Assembly (NCBI GenBank): GCA_964453135.1 | Contig: CAYVOL010000001.1 | Location: 88,895-152,894 of the forward strand | Source: an uncultured Candidatus Saccharibacteria bacterium | GTDB taxonomy: Bacteria; Patescibacteriota; Minisyncoccia; UBA6257; UBA9933 | Direction of reading: 5' to 3' | Length of the DNA: 64,000 nt | In this document: positions 1-9,201 of the stretch, in pieces | How the letters are laid out: every line of letters begins with the position of its first letter | How positions within the stretch are numbered: the first letter of the stretch is position 1 | Notes under the pieces: model-generated | The model's input: only the letters and a program-made list of their open reading frames with translations | Told to the model about the DNA's origin: nothing | Databases searched by the model: none | Program-made: the position numbers and the translations under genes

Positions 1-2
1 CT

Positions 3-647
3 CCGATAATAGCCTGGAGCATAAGCGACAATGAAATTTATTATTTGGCGGCTTCCAGTTCTTCCGCCGCGCCGACGCTTTACTCTTTCGACTTGACTCG
101 TCAGTCCACTGCCGAGATAAAAGAGATAGGAGAACAAAAAAATATCGTCCCTCTAAAAATGGAAATTTCTCCCGACAAAAAATTACTGGGAGTTCTTGAC
201 GATGAAAATAATTTTTATCTATTAAGCCTATCAAGCCCGGAAAATAACTTCCTCAATAAAATTCCCGAGAAAATTTCTTTAACGCGCGATTTTGATTTTT
301 CTCCGGACGGCAAAAAACTGGCGGTGCTGAATAAAAATAATTCGCTGGATATTTTTTATTTAGAAGATTTTGACTGGGAAACGCGCAAAAAAGCGGGCGA
401 TATGAGCAAAATAAATTTAGAAGAAAAACGGGCTGTTGATAAAATTCTTTGGGACAACGATTCTTTGCATATCTTTTATGCGTCGGAAAAAGAAAACGGG
501 ACGATAATCAAAGTGGCGGAAATAAACGAAGGACGCCCGGTCAATATTTATAAAATCGCGGAAAATTTTTCCGACTGGTTTTACCAGAAAAATAGCGGTG
601 TGTTTTTTCTGCTCCAAAACAATGTTTTAAACAAGATAATATGGTAG
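3..647 (+). CDS. Beta-propeller (WD40-like) repeat protein, 5'-truncated by the window edge
   Basis: Frame is open from base 3; repeated SPDKKLL / FSPDGKKLA / WDNDS blade motifs. Confidence 0.6.
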   Translation, partial: PIIAWSISDNEIYYLAASSSSAAPTLYSFDLTRQSTAEIKEIGEQKNIVPLKMEISPDKKLLGVLDDENNFYLLSLSSPENNFLNKIPEKISLTRDFDFSPDGKKLAVLNKNNSLDIFYLEDFDWETRKKAGDMSKINLEEKRAVDKILWDNDSLHIFYASEKENGTIIKVAEINEGRPVNIYKIAENFSDWFYQKNSGVFFLLQNNVLNKIIW

Positions 648-1453
648 CCAAATACGAAGTGCGCACGGAACAATTTGAGGGACCCTTGGAAAAACTGCTG
701 GAGCTGATTGAAGCGAAAAAAATGGAAATCACCCAACTGAATTTGGCAATGGTAACGGACGACTTTCTGCGATATTTGGAGAGTTTAAAAAAGCGCCGCT
801 CAAAGGTGGATGCCGGGGCGAATTCTGGGACGGATTCTAACGCGGCTCATAACGAAACAAGACCAGAGGGATTGGTTGAGCGAAAAGACGAGGCGGAGGT
901 AAAAATACTGGCGGATTTTTTGGTGGTGGCCTCGCGCCTGCTTTTGATAAAATCAAAAGCCCTTCTTCCGGAATTGGAACTTTCCGCCGAAGAAGAGGAG
1001 GATATCAAAGATTTGGAAAAGCGGCTGAAATTTTATTCTGAATTCAAACCAGCCGTCGTTTCTCTTAAAAAATTAAGCGAGGGAAAAACTGCTCTTTTTA
1101 GCCGGCCATTGCTCCTGGGAAGGCCGGCGATTTTTTATCCTTCCCCATCCGCCACGATAAACACGCTTCATCGGGCAATGGAAAATATTTTCCAGACGCT
1201 TCAGCAGATGTCTCTGGAATTTCAAACAATTGAGCCGGTTCTTATAAAACTGGAAGAGAAAATTGAGGAAATTGTCGGAAAAATTCAGCAAGGCATCAGA
1301 CATTTCGGGCATTTAATCAAAGAAAAATCCCGCCAGGAAATCGTGGTAATGTTTCTGGCTCTTCTCCACCTGCTGCGGGAGCAAAGCATTGAAGCGGAAC
1401 AAAAAGAAAAATTCTCGGAGATCGTGATAAGGAAAAAAGATATTCCGTCTTAG
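641..1453 (+). CDS. scpA: Segregation and condensation protein A
   Basis: FEGPLEKLLELI, LADFLVVASRLLLIKSKALLP and C-terminal FLALLHL winged-helix motifs. Confidence 0.92.
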   Translation: MVAKYEVRTEQFEGPLEKLLELIEAKKMEITQLNLAMVTDDFLRYLESLKKRRSKVDAGANSGTDSNAAHNETRPEGLVERKDEAEVKILADFLVVASRLLLIKSKALLPELELSAEEEEDIKDLEKRLKFYSEFKPAVVSLKKLSEGKTALFSRPLLLGRPAIFYPSPSATINTLHRAMENIFQTLQQMSLEFQTIEPVLIKLEEKIEEIVGKIQQGIRHFGHLIKEKSRQEIVVMFLALLHLLREQSIEAEQKEKFSEIVIRKKDIPS

Positions 1454-1686
1454 TTATCTCTTGCTTTTTTTAGGCGCTCGATATGCGCCATAAGTTCTTT
1501 AATAGCGGGAGAGTCGGCCGGCAAAGACAATTTGTCGCGTTTGGCCTCCAGGCGCGCAATTTCTTTATCAATCGCGCCAAAATTTTTCCCGGAAAGCTTC
1601 GCCGCTTCTTCTTCATGCAGTATCGCCTCTTCTTCTATATCTTCTTTTTCAACATTAAAAAATTGCGAGGGAGATTCTATGCTCAT
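1450..1686 (-). CDS. Small hypothetical coiled-coil protein
   Basis: ATG at 1686 (MSIESPSQFF), 13 nt downstream of the rplK stop. Confidence 0.6.
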   Translation of the reverse strand: MSIESPSQFFNVEKEDIEEEAILHEEEAAKLSGKNFGAIDKEIARLEAKRDKLSLPADSPAIKELMAHIERLKKARDN

Positions 1687-1699
1687 AAGTATCTTATTT

Positions 1700-2122
1700 C
1701 TAGACCACTTCAATACCCATACTGCGGGCCGTGCCTTCAATGATTTTCGCGGCAGATTCAATGTCGTTGGCGTTTAAGTCAACCATCTTTTTTTCGGCAA
1801 TTTCTTTAATCTGCGCCTTAGTTACTTTGCCGGCTTTTTTCTTAAGCGGGTCGCCCGAGCCCTTCCCTATTCCCGCGGCTTTCCGCAATAAATCGGAAGC
1901 AGGCGGAGTTTTTAATTTAAACTCAAAAGTGCGGTCCTCAAAAATAGTAATCTCGGCCGGAATAATGCTGCCGGTCATTGTTTTGGTGGCCTCGTTAAAC
2001 TGCTGGCAAAACTGGGCGATGTTGATGCCGTGCGGACCCAAAGCCGTGCCCACGGGAGGAGCCGGGTTGGCCGCTCCGGCCTGTAATTGAAGTTTTAAAA
2101 TTGTTTTGATTGGTTTAGCCAT
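1700..2122 (-). CDS. rplK: 50S ribosomal protein L11
   Basis: [35 protein letters not shown]. Confidence 0.99.
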   Translation of the reverse strand: MAKPIKTILKLQLQAGAANPAPPVGTALGPHGINIAQFCQQFNEATKTMTGSIIPAEITIFEDRTFEFKLKTPPASDLLRKAAGIGKGSGDPLKKKAGKVTKAQIKEIAEKKMVDLNANDIESAAKIIEGTARSMGIEVV

Positions 2123-2129
2123 ATTATTT

Positions 2130-2771
2130 TTATATTTTTCTTACCTGCAATGAATCTAATTCTATTGATGTTTCCCGTCCGAAAATGGGGACCATTACTT
2201 TTATTTTTCCCTGTTCTTCGTCCACGGACGATATTTTTCCTTCGTAATCTTTGAACGGGCCGTCGGTGATTTTCACCAAATCTCCGGCGCGGTATTCTAT
2301 CTTGAATTTCTTGTCTTCTTCTCCCTTTATTCTGGAAAGCAATGTTTCCACCTCTTCCTTGGACAAAGGGGTGGGGTCGGTGGTGTCGGCTCCGACAAAT
2401 CCCATTACCCGCGGCGTATTTCTCACCACATACCAGGAATCTTCGTCCATCACCATGTCCACCAAAACATAGCCGTGATATATTTTTTCCTCCACTTCTT
2501 TCCGCTTGCCGTTTTTAATGACAATTTTCTTTTCTTTGGGAACAAGAATGCTGAAAATCTTGTTGTGCATTTCCAAGGATTCCACTCTCTGTTTCAGATA
2601 GCGGGACACCGCGTCCTCGTAGCCGGCGGAAGTATGCACCGCATACCAATGCCGCTCGCCTTTTTTGGAAAGTCCCCGACGGGGAGAACTTTTTTCTTTC
2701 GTACGCTCTGAAGAAATGCCTTTCGGTGAAGCCCCTTCTTTTTTATCCTGTTTTAACAAGTCGTCGCTCAT
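2130..2771 (-). CDS. nusG: Transcription termination/antitermination factor NusG
   Basis: [28 protein letters not shown] motif [11 protein letters not shown]; lies between secE and rplK. Confidence 0.97.
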   Translation of the reverse strand: MSDDLLKQDKKEGASPKGISSERTKEKSSPRRGLSKKGERHWYAVHTSAGYEDAVSRYLKQRVESLEMHNKIFSILVPKEKKIVIKNGKRKEVEEKIYHGYVLVDMVMDEDSWYVVRNTPRVMGFVGADTTDPTPLSKEEVETLLSRIKGEEDKKFKIEYRAGDLVKITDGPFKDYEGKISSVDEEQGKIKVMVPIFGRETSIELDSLQVRKI

Positions 2772-2781
2772 AAATAAAATG

Positions 2782-2967
2782 TTATAGCAAGAAATTGCCT
2801 ATCAAATAATGAAAGGCCGCGTCTAAAACTCCCAAAAACACCGCCAAACCCAAAGACAAGCCGATAACCATTAAGGTCATGTTTATCGTTTCCTTGCGGC
2901 TGGGCCAGTTTACTCTTTTCAATTCCGAGTAAGACTCTTGAAGATAAAATTTTAAACGTTGAATCAT
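2782..2967 (-). CDS. secE: Preprotein translocase subunit SecE
   Basis: ELKRVNWPSRKE followed by one transmembrane helix; upstream of nusG. Confidence 0.95.
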   Translation of the reverse strand: MIQRLKFYLQESYSELKRVNWPSRKETINMTLMVIGLSLGLAVFLGVLDAAFHYLIGNFLL

Positions 2968-3033
2968 TTAGCGGTACTGCTGTCAAAAAATTGAAGACAG
3001 CGTTAAACAACGCCCATATTAACGATTTTGCCT

Positions 3034-5058
3034 TTATATGTCAAGATTTTTCACCAAAGAGGCCTTGGTTTGGATAAACTGCTTGCGCGGCTCCACCTGG
3101 TCGCTCATTAAAACTTCAAACAAGCGGTCGGCTTCTTCCGCGTCTTCCACGGTCACTAATTTCAAAACGCGGTTTTCGGGATTCATTGTTGTTTCCCATA
3201 ATTGTTCCGGATTCATCTCGCCTAAACCTTTATAGCGCTGGATGTTGACGCCTTTAATCGCCGTGTCGCCGGCTGCGGTTTCTTCAGCGCTGTTCTCTTC
3301 GCCTTTCTGACGTTTAATTTCGGTTTTCAGTTTCGCGTTTTGAGATTTAAGCTTCTGCCACTCCTCAATGGCGGAATTTTTCTCCTGGTCGTTATAAACG
3401 TATTTAATTTCTTTTCCTGATTGAAGACGATACAAAGGCGGTTGGGCGATATACAAATTGCCGCTTTCCACCACGGGACGGAAATAACGATAAAACAAGG
3501 TCAGAAGCAAAGTTCGGATATGCGCACCGTCGCTGTCGGCATCGGTCATTATAACGATTTTATGGTAGCGCAGTTTGGCAATATCAAAGCTGTCGCTAAT
3601 GGCCGTGCCCAAAGCGATAACCAAAGATTTTATTTCATTGTTGGCGAGCATTTTATCAATGCGGGCTTTTTCCACGTTCAAAATTTTTCCCCGCAAAGGA
3701 AGAATGGCTTGGAATTTTCGGTCGCGTCCGGATTTCGCCGAGCCGCCGGCGCTATCCCCTTCCACGATGAACAATTCAGACTCTTCCGCGCTTCGGCTGG
3801 AACAATCCGCAAGTTTGCCGGGTAAAGTCATTCCTTCCAAAGCGCCCTTGCGAAGAACCGTATCTTTGGCGGCTTTAGCGGCTTTTCTCGCTTTCTGCGC
3901 CAAAAGACATTTTTCAATAATGGCGCGCGCCTCGGATGAATATTTCTCCAAAAATTCTTTCAAAGATTCCGAGACCGCGGTTTCCACGGCATTGCGAGCC
4001 GCCGGCGTTCCCAAGCGAGCCTTGGTCTGGCCTTCAAACTGCGGCTCCCTTAATTTCACGGAAACAATGGCCGTAAGCCCTTCGCGCACGTCGTCGCCAG
4101 TCAAATTATCTTCGTTGGCTTTCAGATAATTGCCGCTTCTGGCGTAATCGTTTAACGCGCGGGTAAGAGCAGTGCGAAAACCAGTCAAGTGAGTGCCGCC
4201 GTCCGGCGTGTAAATATTATTGGCAAAGCTGTACTCTCGTATGTCCACGTCATCGTTAAAAACAAAGGCAACCTCCACTTCTATTTCATCCGCTGTCTTA
4301 TTCGTATAGAAAAATTCTTTTTGAATGGGCTGATGGGCTTCGTTGAGATGGCGGAGAAAAGAAGTAAGTCCGCCTTCAAAATAAAAAGTGTGGCTGAAAG
4401 GGGCTTTCTCGCGGCTGTCTAAAATATCAATGCGCACGCCTTTGGTTAAAAACGCCTGCTGTCTCAAATGGTCTAAAACTTTTTTGCGGTCAAAATCAAC
4501 TTTGCTGAAAATTTCTTCGTCCGGCTCAAAAATCACGCGCGTGCCGGTCTCGTCGCAACGGCCGCCTTTCTTTACGGCAAACTTCGGCTTCCCTTTTTCG
4601 TATTCCTGAAAATAAAGATTTCCGCCGCGGCACACTTCCACGCGCATCCATTTAGACAAAGCATTGACCACGGAAACGCCCACGCCGTGAAGCCCGCCGG
4701 AAACTTTATACGAATCCCCGCCGAATTTTCCGCCGGCGTGAAGCGTGCACATCACGGTTTCCAAAGCCGATTTTTTCGTCTGCGGATGAATGTCTACCGG
4801 AATGCCCCGGCCGTCGTCAGCCACAGCCATGCGGTTGTTTTCCAAAAATTCCACTTTGACATTTTTGGCAAAACCGGCCATGGCTTCATCCAAACTGTTG
4901 TCAACCACTTCCCAAATCAAGTGGTGCAATCCGTCCACGCCCGTGCCGCCGATATACATTCCCGGACGCTTCCTTACCGGCTCAAGCCCTTCCAAAACAT
5001 AAATATCTTTGGCTTCGTAAGAGCTGTTATTGTTGGAGTTGTTGGCAGTTTTATTCAT
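3034..5058 (-). CDS. gyrB: DNA gyrase subunit B
   Basis: EPVRKRPGMYIG, EVVDNSLDE, GGLHGVG, VEGDSAGG, IMTDADSDG, QRYKGLGEM. Confidence 0.97.
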   Translation of the reverse strand: MNKTANNSNNNSSYEAKDIYVLEGLEPVRKRPGMYIGGTGVDGLHHLIWEVVDNSLDEAMAGFAKNVKVEFLENNRMAVADDGRGIPVDIHPQTKKSALETVMCTLHAGGKFGGDSYKVSGGLHGVGVSVVNALSKWMRVEVCRGGNLYFQEYEKGKPKFAVKKGGRCDETGTRVIFEPDEEIFSKVDFDRKKVLDHLRQQAFLTKGVRIDILDSREKAPFSHTFYFEGGLTSFLRHLNEAHQPIQKEFFYTNKTADEIEVEVAFVFNDDVDIREYSFANNIYTPDGGTHLTGFRTALTRALNDYARSGNYLKANEDNLTGDDVREGLTAIVSVKLREPQFEGQTKARLGTPAARNAVETAVSESLKEFLEKYSSEARAIIEKCLLAQKARKAAKAAKDTVLRKGALEGMTLPGKLADCSSRSAEESELFIVEGDSAGGSAKSGRDRKFQAILPLRGKILNVEKARIDKMLANNEIKSLVIALGTAISDSFDIAKLRYHKIVIMTDADSDGAHIRTLLLTLFYRYFRPVVESGNLYIAQPPLYRLQSGKEIKYVYNDQEKNSAIEEWQKLKSQNAKLKTEIKRQKGEENSAEETAAGDTAIKGVNIQRYKGLGEMNPEQLWETTMNPENRVLKLVTVEDAEEADRLFEVLMSDQVEPRKQFIQTKASLVKNLDI

Positions 5059-5205
5059 TTAATTTTCTTATTATCCATAAAATTTTACCAAAAAAATTAA
5101 GAAATGACAATTTTTTGCCCGGGAAAAATGAACCAAACAAAAAAGGAGCTGGTCAGGCTCCCCTCGCGTCCGCCGGCTGGCGGAGGCGATTGTTTATAGA
5201 CCTCT

Positions 5206-7053
5206 TTAGAATAATGTTTCAGCGTCCGCATCCATTACCATATCATCAGATTTGTTTATCTGATGGCGGACCAGCCGCTGATATTCAGAACACTTGAGCA
5301 TCAACTCATCGTGCACGCCCTCTCCAACAACCCTGCCTTTATCAAACACAACAATCTTATCGGCATTCCTGATTGTCGAAAACCGATGAGCGATAATGAT
5401 CGTGGTGCGGCCCCTGGAGGCCTTCTCAATTGAGAGGCGAATAAACGCTTCATTCTGAGCATCCAAATTACTCGTCGCCTCATCAAAAATAAGAATATCA
5501 GGGTTTTTCACCAACGCCCGGGCAATCCCGACTCGTTGGCGCTCGCCGCCGGACAGTTTAACGCCTCTTTCGCCGATAAGCGTGTCATAACCCCGCTCCA
5601 GGCGATCAAAAAATCTATCTATGCACGCCATCTGGGCAATCTGGTCTAACTTCTTCTCGGTAATAGCGCTGGCTTGCCCATTGAGCGCGTAAGTGATGTT
5701 GTACCGCAAGGTCTCGTCAAATAACGGAACATGCTGCTCCACCAGACCCACGTGCTCGCGTAAATGGTTAAGGTCAAGAACTCGCAGATCATTACCGTCA
5801 ATCGTAATCTGCCCTTCCTTGACGTCTTCCGCGCGGAGCAAAGCGTGAACCGCCGTAGTTTTACCAGCGCCGGATTCTCCGACAAAGGCGACCGTCTGGC
5901 CGGATTCTATGGCAAAACTTACGCCTCTTAATGCCGGACCGGTTTGCTTTTCCGGCTTCGCCACCTCGGATGCGTCTTCGTCATCTTCGTCCGCTTGTTT
6001 GTCGCGACGAGGATATTCAAAAGTTACGTTCTTGAATTCTATCCTGCCGGCAAACTTAACGGGACGGACTGGATTGGGAATCACTTTTACGCTTGGCTCC
6101 AAATCCAGCAGTTCAAAATACTTTTTTACTGACGCATACATGCTTACGATGCGCCGCTGAAGCTGTCCGACTGTCCCGACTTGGGAAAGCGCATTACCCG
6201 CCCACGACCAGAAAATCACCAGATGCCCCGGCGTATAGACGCCGTTATACACGTAGTATATCCCGATGGCCATTACGGAAAATCTGGTCAGTCCAACGAT
6301 GATGTTGCGAGCAAATGCCCATTTTACAAAATTAAGCCAGATATCCTGAAACTGGGCGTGAATCTCGCGTAAATTGGCGTCGCTTTCGCGGACTGCCCGT
6401 TTTTCCTGGCTGTTAATTAGGACGAGTTCGGCGTTGCGGTAGATCTCTCCGCGAAAACGGGCATTTTCATGATAGGCCTTATCAACCCGTTTCAGCGGTT
6501 TCTGAACTTTCAGATTACCCGCGATGATAGCCGCTACAAACGACACCATTCCAACGACAACCACCAAGCCGAGCGGCCAGCTCAAATACAACAGAGCGCC
6601 CACCATAAAGATTATTTGAACAACTACCGGAAGCACCTCGTACATCAGCGTGTAAGCCAGGGACGTTAAAGAGTGCTGGCCCTTCGACACAATACTTTCC
6701 TTCATTCCGCTGTTCTGCGCTATGTGCTGTCCGACTGATAAACTCAGAACCTTCTCCATGGTCTTCTTGCTGATATATTCGGGAACCGCGAATTCAACAT
6801 TTTTGATTTCGAATACTTCGCGATAATACCCGACAACTACGTTCTGAAGAATGAATGCGACAAACGCCGCGCCCATAATCCAATACGTGAAACTCATCGG
6901 CCTTTTTTGAATAAGACAATCGATGAGCATCCCCTGAAAGTATGGGGCGGCAAGCGCCAAAATCTGCACGACAGCAATAAACACAAACACAATAACGACA
7001 CTGCTCCTGAACGGGGCGTAAATTTCCCATACTTTTTTTAAAAACTGTTTCAT
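5206..7053 (-). CDS. ABC exporter, fused permease/ATPase (MsbA/Sav1866-like)
   Basis: N-terminal TM domain; Walker A GESGAGKT, LSGGERQR signature, IFDEATSNLD, IAHR; SD AAGGAGG. Confidence 0.92.
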   Translation of the reverse strand: MKQFLKKVWEIYAPFRSSVVIVFVFIAVVQILALAAPYFQGMLIDCLIQKRPMSFTYWIMGAAFVAFILQNVVVGYYREVFEIKNVEFAVPEYISKKTMEKVLSLSVGQHIAQNSGMKESIVSKGQHSLTSLAYTLMYEVLPVVVQIIFMVGALLYLSWPLGLVVVVGMVSFVAAIIAGNLKVQKPLKRVDKAYHENARFRGEIYRNAELVLINSQEKRAVRESDANLREIHAQFQDIWLNFVKWAFARNIIVGLTRFSVMAIGIYYVYNGVYTPGHLVIFWSWAGNALSQVGTVGQLQRRIVSMYASVKKYFELLDLEPSVKVIPNPVRPVKFAGRIEFKNVTFEYPRRDKQADEDDEDASEVAKPEKQTGPALRGVSFAIESGQTVAFVGESGAGKTTAVHALLRAEDVKEGQITIDGNDLRVLDLNHLREHVGLVEQHVPLFDETLRYNITYALNGQASAITEKKLDQIAQMACIDRFFDRLERGYDTLIGERGVKLSGGERQRVGIARALVKNPDILIFDEATSNLDAQNEAFIRLSIEKASRGRTTIIIAHRFSTIRNADKIVVFDKGRVVGEGVHDELMLKCSEYQRLVRHQINKSDDMVMDADAETLF

Positions 7054-7138
7054 GCGTCATCCTCCTTTTCTGATAAGCTGGATGCTTTTCCTGTTTTTAG
7101 TTATAAAAGAGCGCGTCACTCTCATTGCAGAGAAAATA

Positions 7139-7167
7139 CATTATACATTAAAATAAGCGCAAAGTCA
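7139..7167 (-). promoter_or_regulatory. Sigma70-type promoter of the ABC exporter
   Basis: TTGACT-17 nt-TATAAT on the minus strand. Confidence 0.6.
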
Positions 7168-7231
7168 ATGACGATTTTGAAAACCAAATCCGCTTGCCCA
7201 ACCGTTAAAATCAAGATAATATAGGGGCAAG

Positions 7232-7516
7232 ATGCTGAATAATGACTACTTAGAAACCCTGCGAGAACGGGCAAAGGAATCGCGGGCGCATAAAAAGTTC
7301 CAGTTTATCGGCGTGGAAATCGCCAAAATTTTAGACGATCCGAAACATACCGCGCTTTATATTAAATTAGCCAAAGAGCGGGGCGAGGAAAGATTAATGC
7401 GCCTCGCCAAAGAAGTCGGCGAAAGAAAAAACATTAAAAATAAAGGCGCTTATTTTATGAGGATTTTAACCAAAGATGCCCCCAAGCCGTCGAAAAATAT
7501 AAACGCGAAAAAATAA
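7232..7516 (+). CDS. Hypothetical protein upstream of def
   Basis: 94-aa basic ORF whose stop overlaps the def start. Confidence 0.7.
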   Translation: MLNNDYLETLRERAKESRAHKKFQFIGVEIAKILDDPKHTALYIKLAKERGEERLMRLAKEVGERKNIKNKGAYFMRILTKDAPKPSKNINAKK

Positions 7517-8073
7517 TGAAGCCGGATAATACTTTCAAAATCTTCACCATCGCCGACAAAGCCGAGGAAAAATTCCTGCGCGCCAAAACAGCTGATTTTG
7601 ATTTTTCCCGATTTTCCCGCCAGGACATAAAAGATTTGGTGGAAAAGTTAAAGAAAGCGATGGCGGAAAACCACGGCATCGGGCTGGCCGCCAATCAGAT
7701 TGGCCTAAATATAAAAGTTTTTATTGCCGTCATTCCGTCAATGCGGAACCGCGAAAAAAAATCCACCGAGGCGGCAATTGGCCAACCTCAAATTCCAAAC
7801 GGGAAATTTTACGCTATTTTCAATCCGGAAATCGCCGCTTATTCTCGAGAAACTGAAATCGCCGAAGAAGGGTGCTTGAGCGTGCCTGGAATTTACGGCG
7901 AAGTGGAGCGCGCGTCGGAAATCGCTTTAGTCGGCTTCAATAAAGACGGCCGCCGCGTGAGAATAAAAGCCCAAGGACTTGTTGCCCGCGTATTTCAGCA
8001 CGAAATTGACCATTTGAACGGAATCCTATTCATTGATAAGGCGAAGGAATTACATAAAGTCGCGGACAACTAA
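7516..8073 (+). CDS. def: Peptide deformylase
   Basis: GIGLAANQIG, EGCLS, QHEIDHLNG. Confidence 0.97.
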   Translation: MKPDNTFKIFTIADKAEEKFLRAKTADFDFSRFSRQDIKDLVEKLKKAMAENHGIGLAANQIGLNIKVFIAVIPSMRNREKKSTEAAIGQPQIPNGKFYAIFNPEIAAYSRETEIAEEGCLSVPGIYGEVERASEIALVGFNKDGRRVRIKAQGLVARVFQHEIDHLNGILFIDKAKELHKVADN

Positions 8074-8079
8074 CGATAT

Positions 8080-8937
8080 ATGAATTTTGTTTTTTTCGGC
8101 AGTCCAAATTTTGCCTCTATAATTTTGGAGAAATTAGTCAAAGCCGGTTTTATTCCCGCGGCAGTTGTCTGCAACCCCGACAAGCCCGTGGGAAGAAAAA
8201 AAATAATCACTCCGCCGGCAGTGAAATCGTTAATCTTAAAACATAGCTCATGGAACATGGATATCTTACAGCCGGAAAATCTTGATTCAGATTTCCAGTT
8301 TCAGGTTTCAGGTTTCAAGCCCGATGTATTCATCGTTGCCGCCTACGCCAAGATTTTGCCGAAAGAAATCATCGCAATTCCAAAAATGGGCGCTATCGGC
8401 GTTCATCCCTCGCTTCTTCCCAAACACCGCGGCTCCGCTCCCATTCAAAATCAAATCCTCCAAGGAGATAAAACAGGCGGCACGACGCTTTTTTTAATTG
8501 ATGAAAAAATGGACAACGGGCCGATTTTATCCCAAAAAGAAATTGCGATTGAAAACCAAAATTACGAGGAACTGGAAAAGGAGCTGGCGGACTTAAGCGC
8601 GGAACTTTTAATTGAAACTCTGCCGAAATTTTTAGAGAAGAAAATTACTCCTCAAAAACAAAACAGCTCGTTCGCCACCTACACCAAAAAATTTACCAGC
8701 CAAGACGGCTTTATAGAATTTGCCGATTTAGAAAAAGCGCAAAAAGGAGGAGAGATCGCCATTAAAATTGGCAGAAAAATCCGGGCTCTTAATCCCGAGC
8801 CGGGGGTATGGACAATTTATCAAAATAAAAGAGTAAAAATTCTAAAAGCAGAAATTTCGGCGGAGGGAAAATTAAAACTTATCACTATCCAATGGGAAGG
8901 AAAAAAACCGACGCCGGCAGAAAACTTGGCGGCTTAA
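8080..8937 (+). CDS. fmt: Methionyl-tRNA formyltransferase
   Basis: FFGSPNFA, PDKPVGR, HPSLLPKHRGSAPIQ, MDNGPI; follows def. Confidence 0.95.
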   Translation: MNFVFFGSPNFASIILEKLVKAGFIPAAVVCNPDKPVGRKKIITPPAVKSLILKHSSWNMDILQPENLDSDFQFQVSGFKPDVFIVAAYAKILPKEIIAIPKMGAIGVHPSLLPKHRGSAPIQNQILQGDKTGGTTLFLIDEKMDNGPILSQKEIAIENQNYEELEKELADLSAELLIETLPKFLEKKITPQKQNSSFATYTKKFTSQDGFIEFADLEKAQKGGEIAIKIGRKIRALNPEPGVWTIYQNKRVKILKAEISAEGKLKLITIQWEGKKPTPAENLAA

Positions 8938-8979
8938 AAATCTTGAAATATATCGGGTGAACGGGTAGAGTATAAAGAT

Positions 8980-9050
8980 TGCCGGGTCGTCTAATGGTAG
9001 GACGTTTGGCTCTGAACCAAAAAATTGGGGTTCGACTCCCTGCCCGGCAG
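8980..9050 (+). tRNA. tRNA-Gln(CTG), CCA not encoded
   Basis: TGCCGGG/CCCGGCA acceptor stem, TTTGG-CTCTGAA-CCAAA anticodon arm, GGTTCGACTCC T-arm. Confidence 0.93.
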
Positions 9051-9170
9051 CTATCTTTCGCTAGAGCTACAGAATAGCATGTATTACACTTGTAGCAACT
9101 ATTCGTCGGGATTGGATTAGTAAAAAGTTCGGATTTTGTTTTCAGTAGACACAGCAGCGGTCAGCGCAAT

Positions 9171-9194
9171 AAAAACCGCCTTTCAGCGGTTTTT
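9171..9194. terminator. Bidirectional intrinsic terminator after the P-type ATPase
   Basis: AAAAACCGC-loop-GCGGTTTTT. Confidence 0.7.
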
Positions 9195-9201
9195 CTTCTG
9201 A

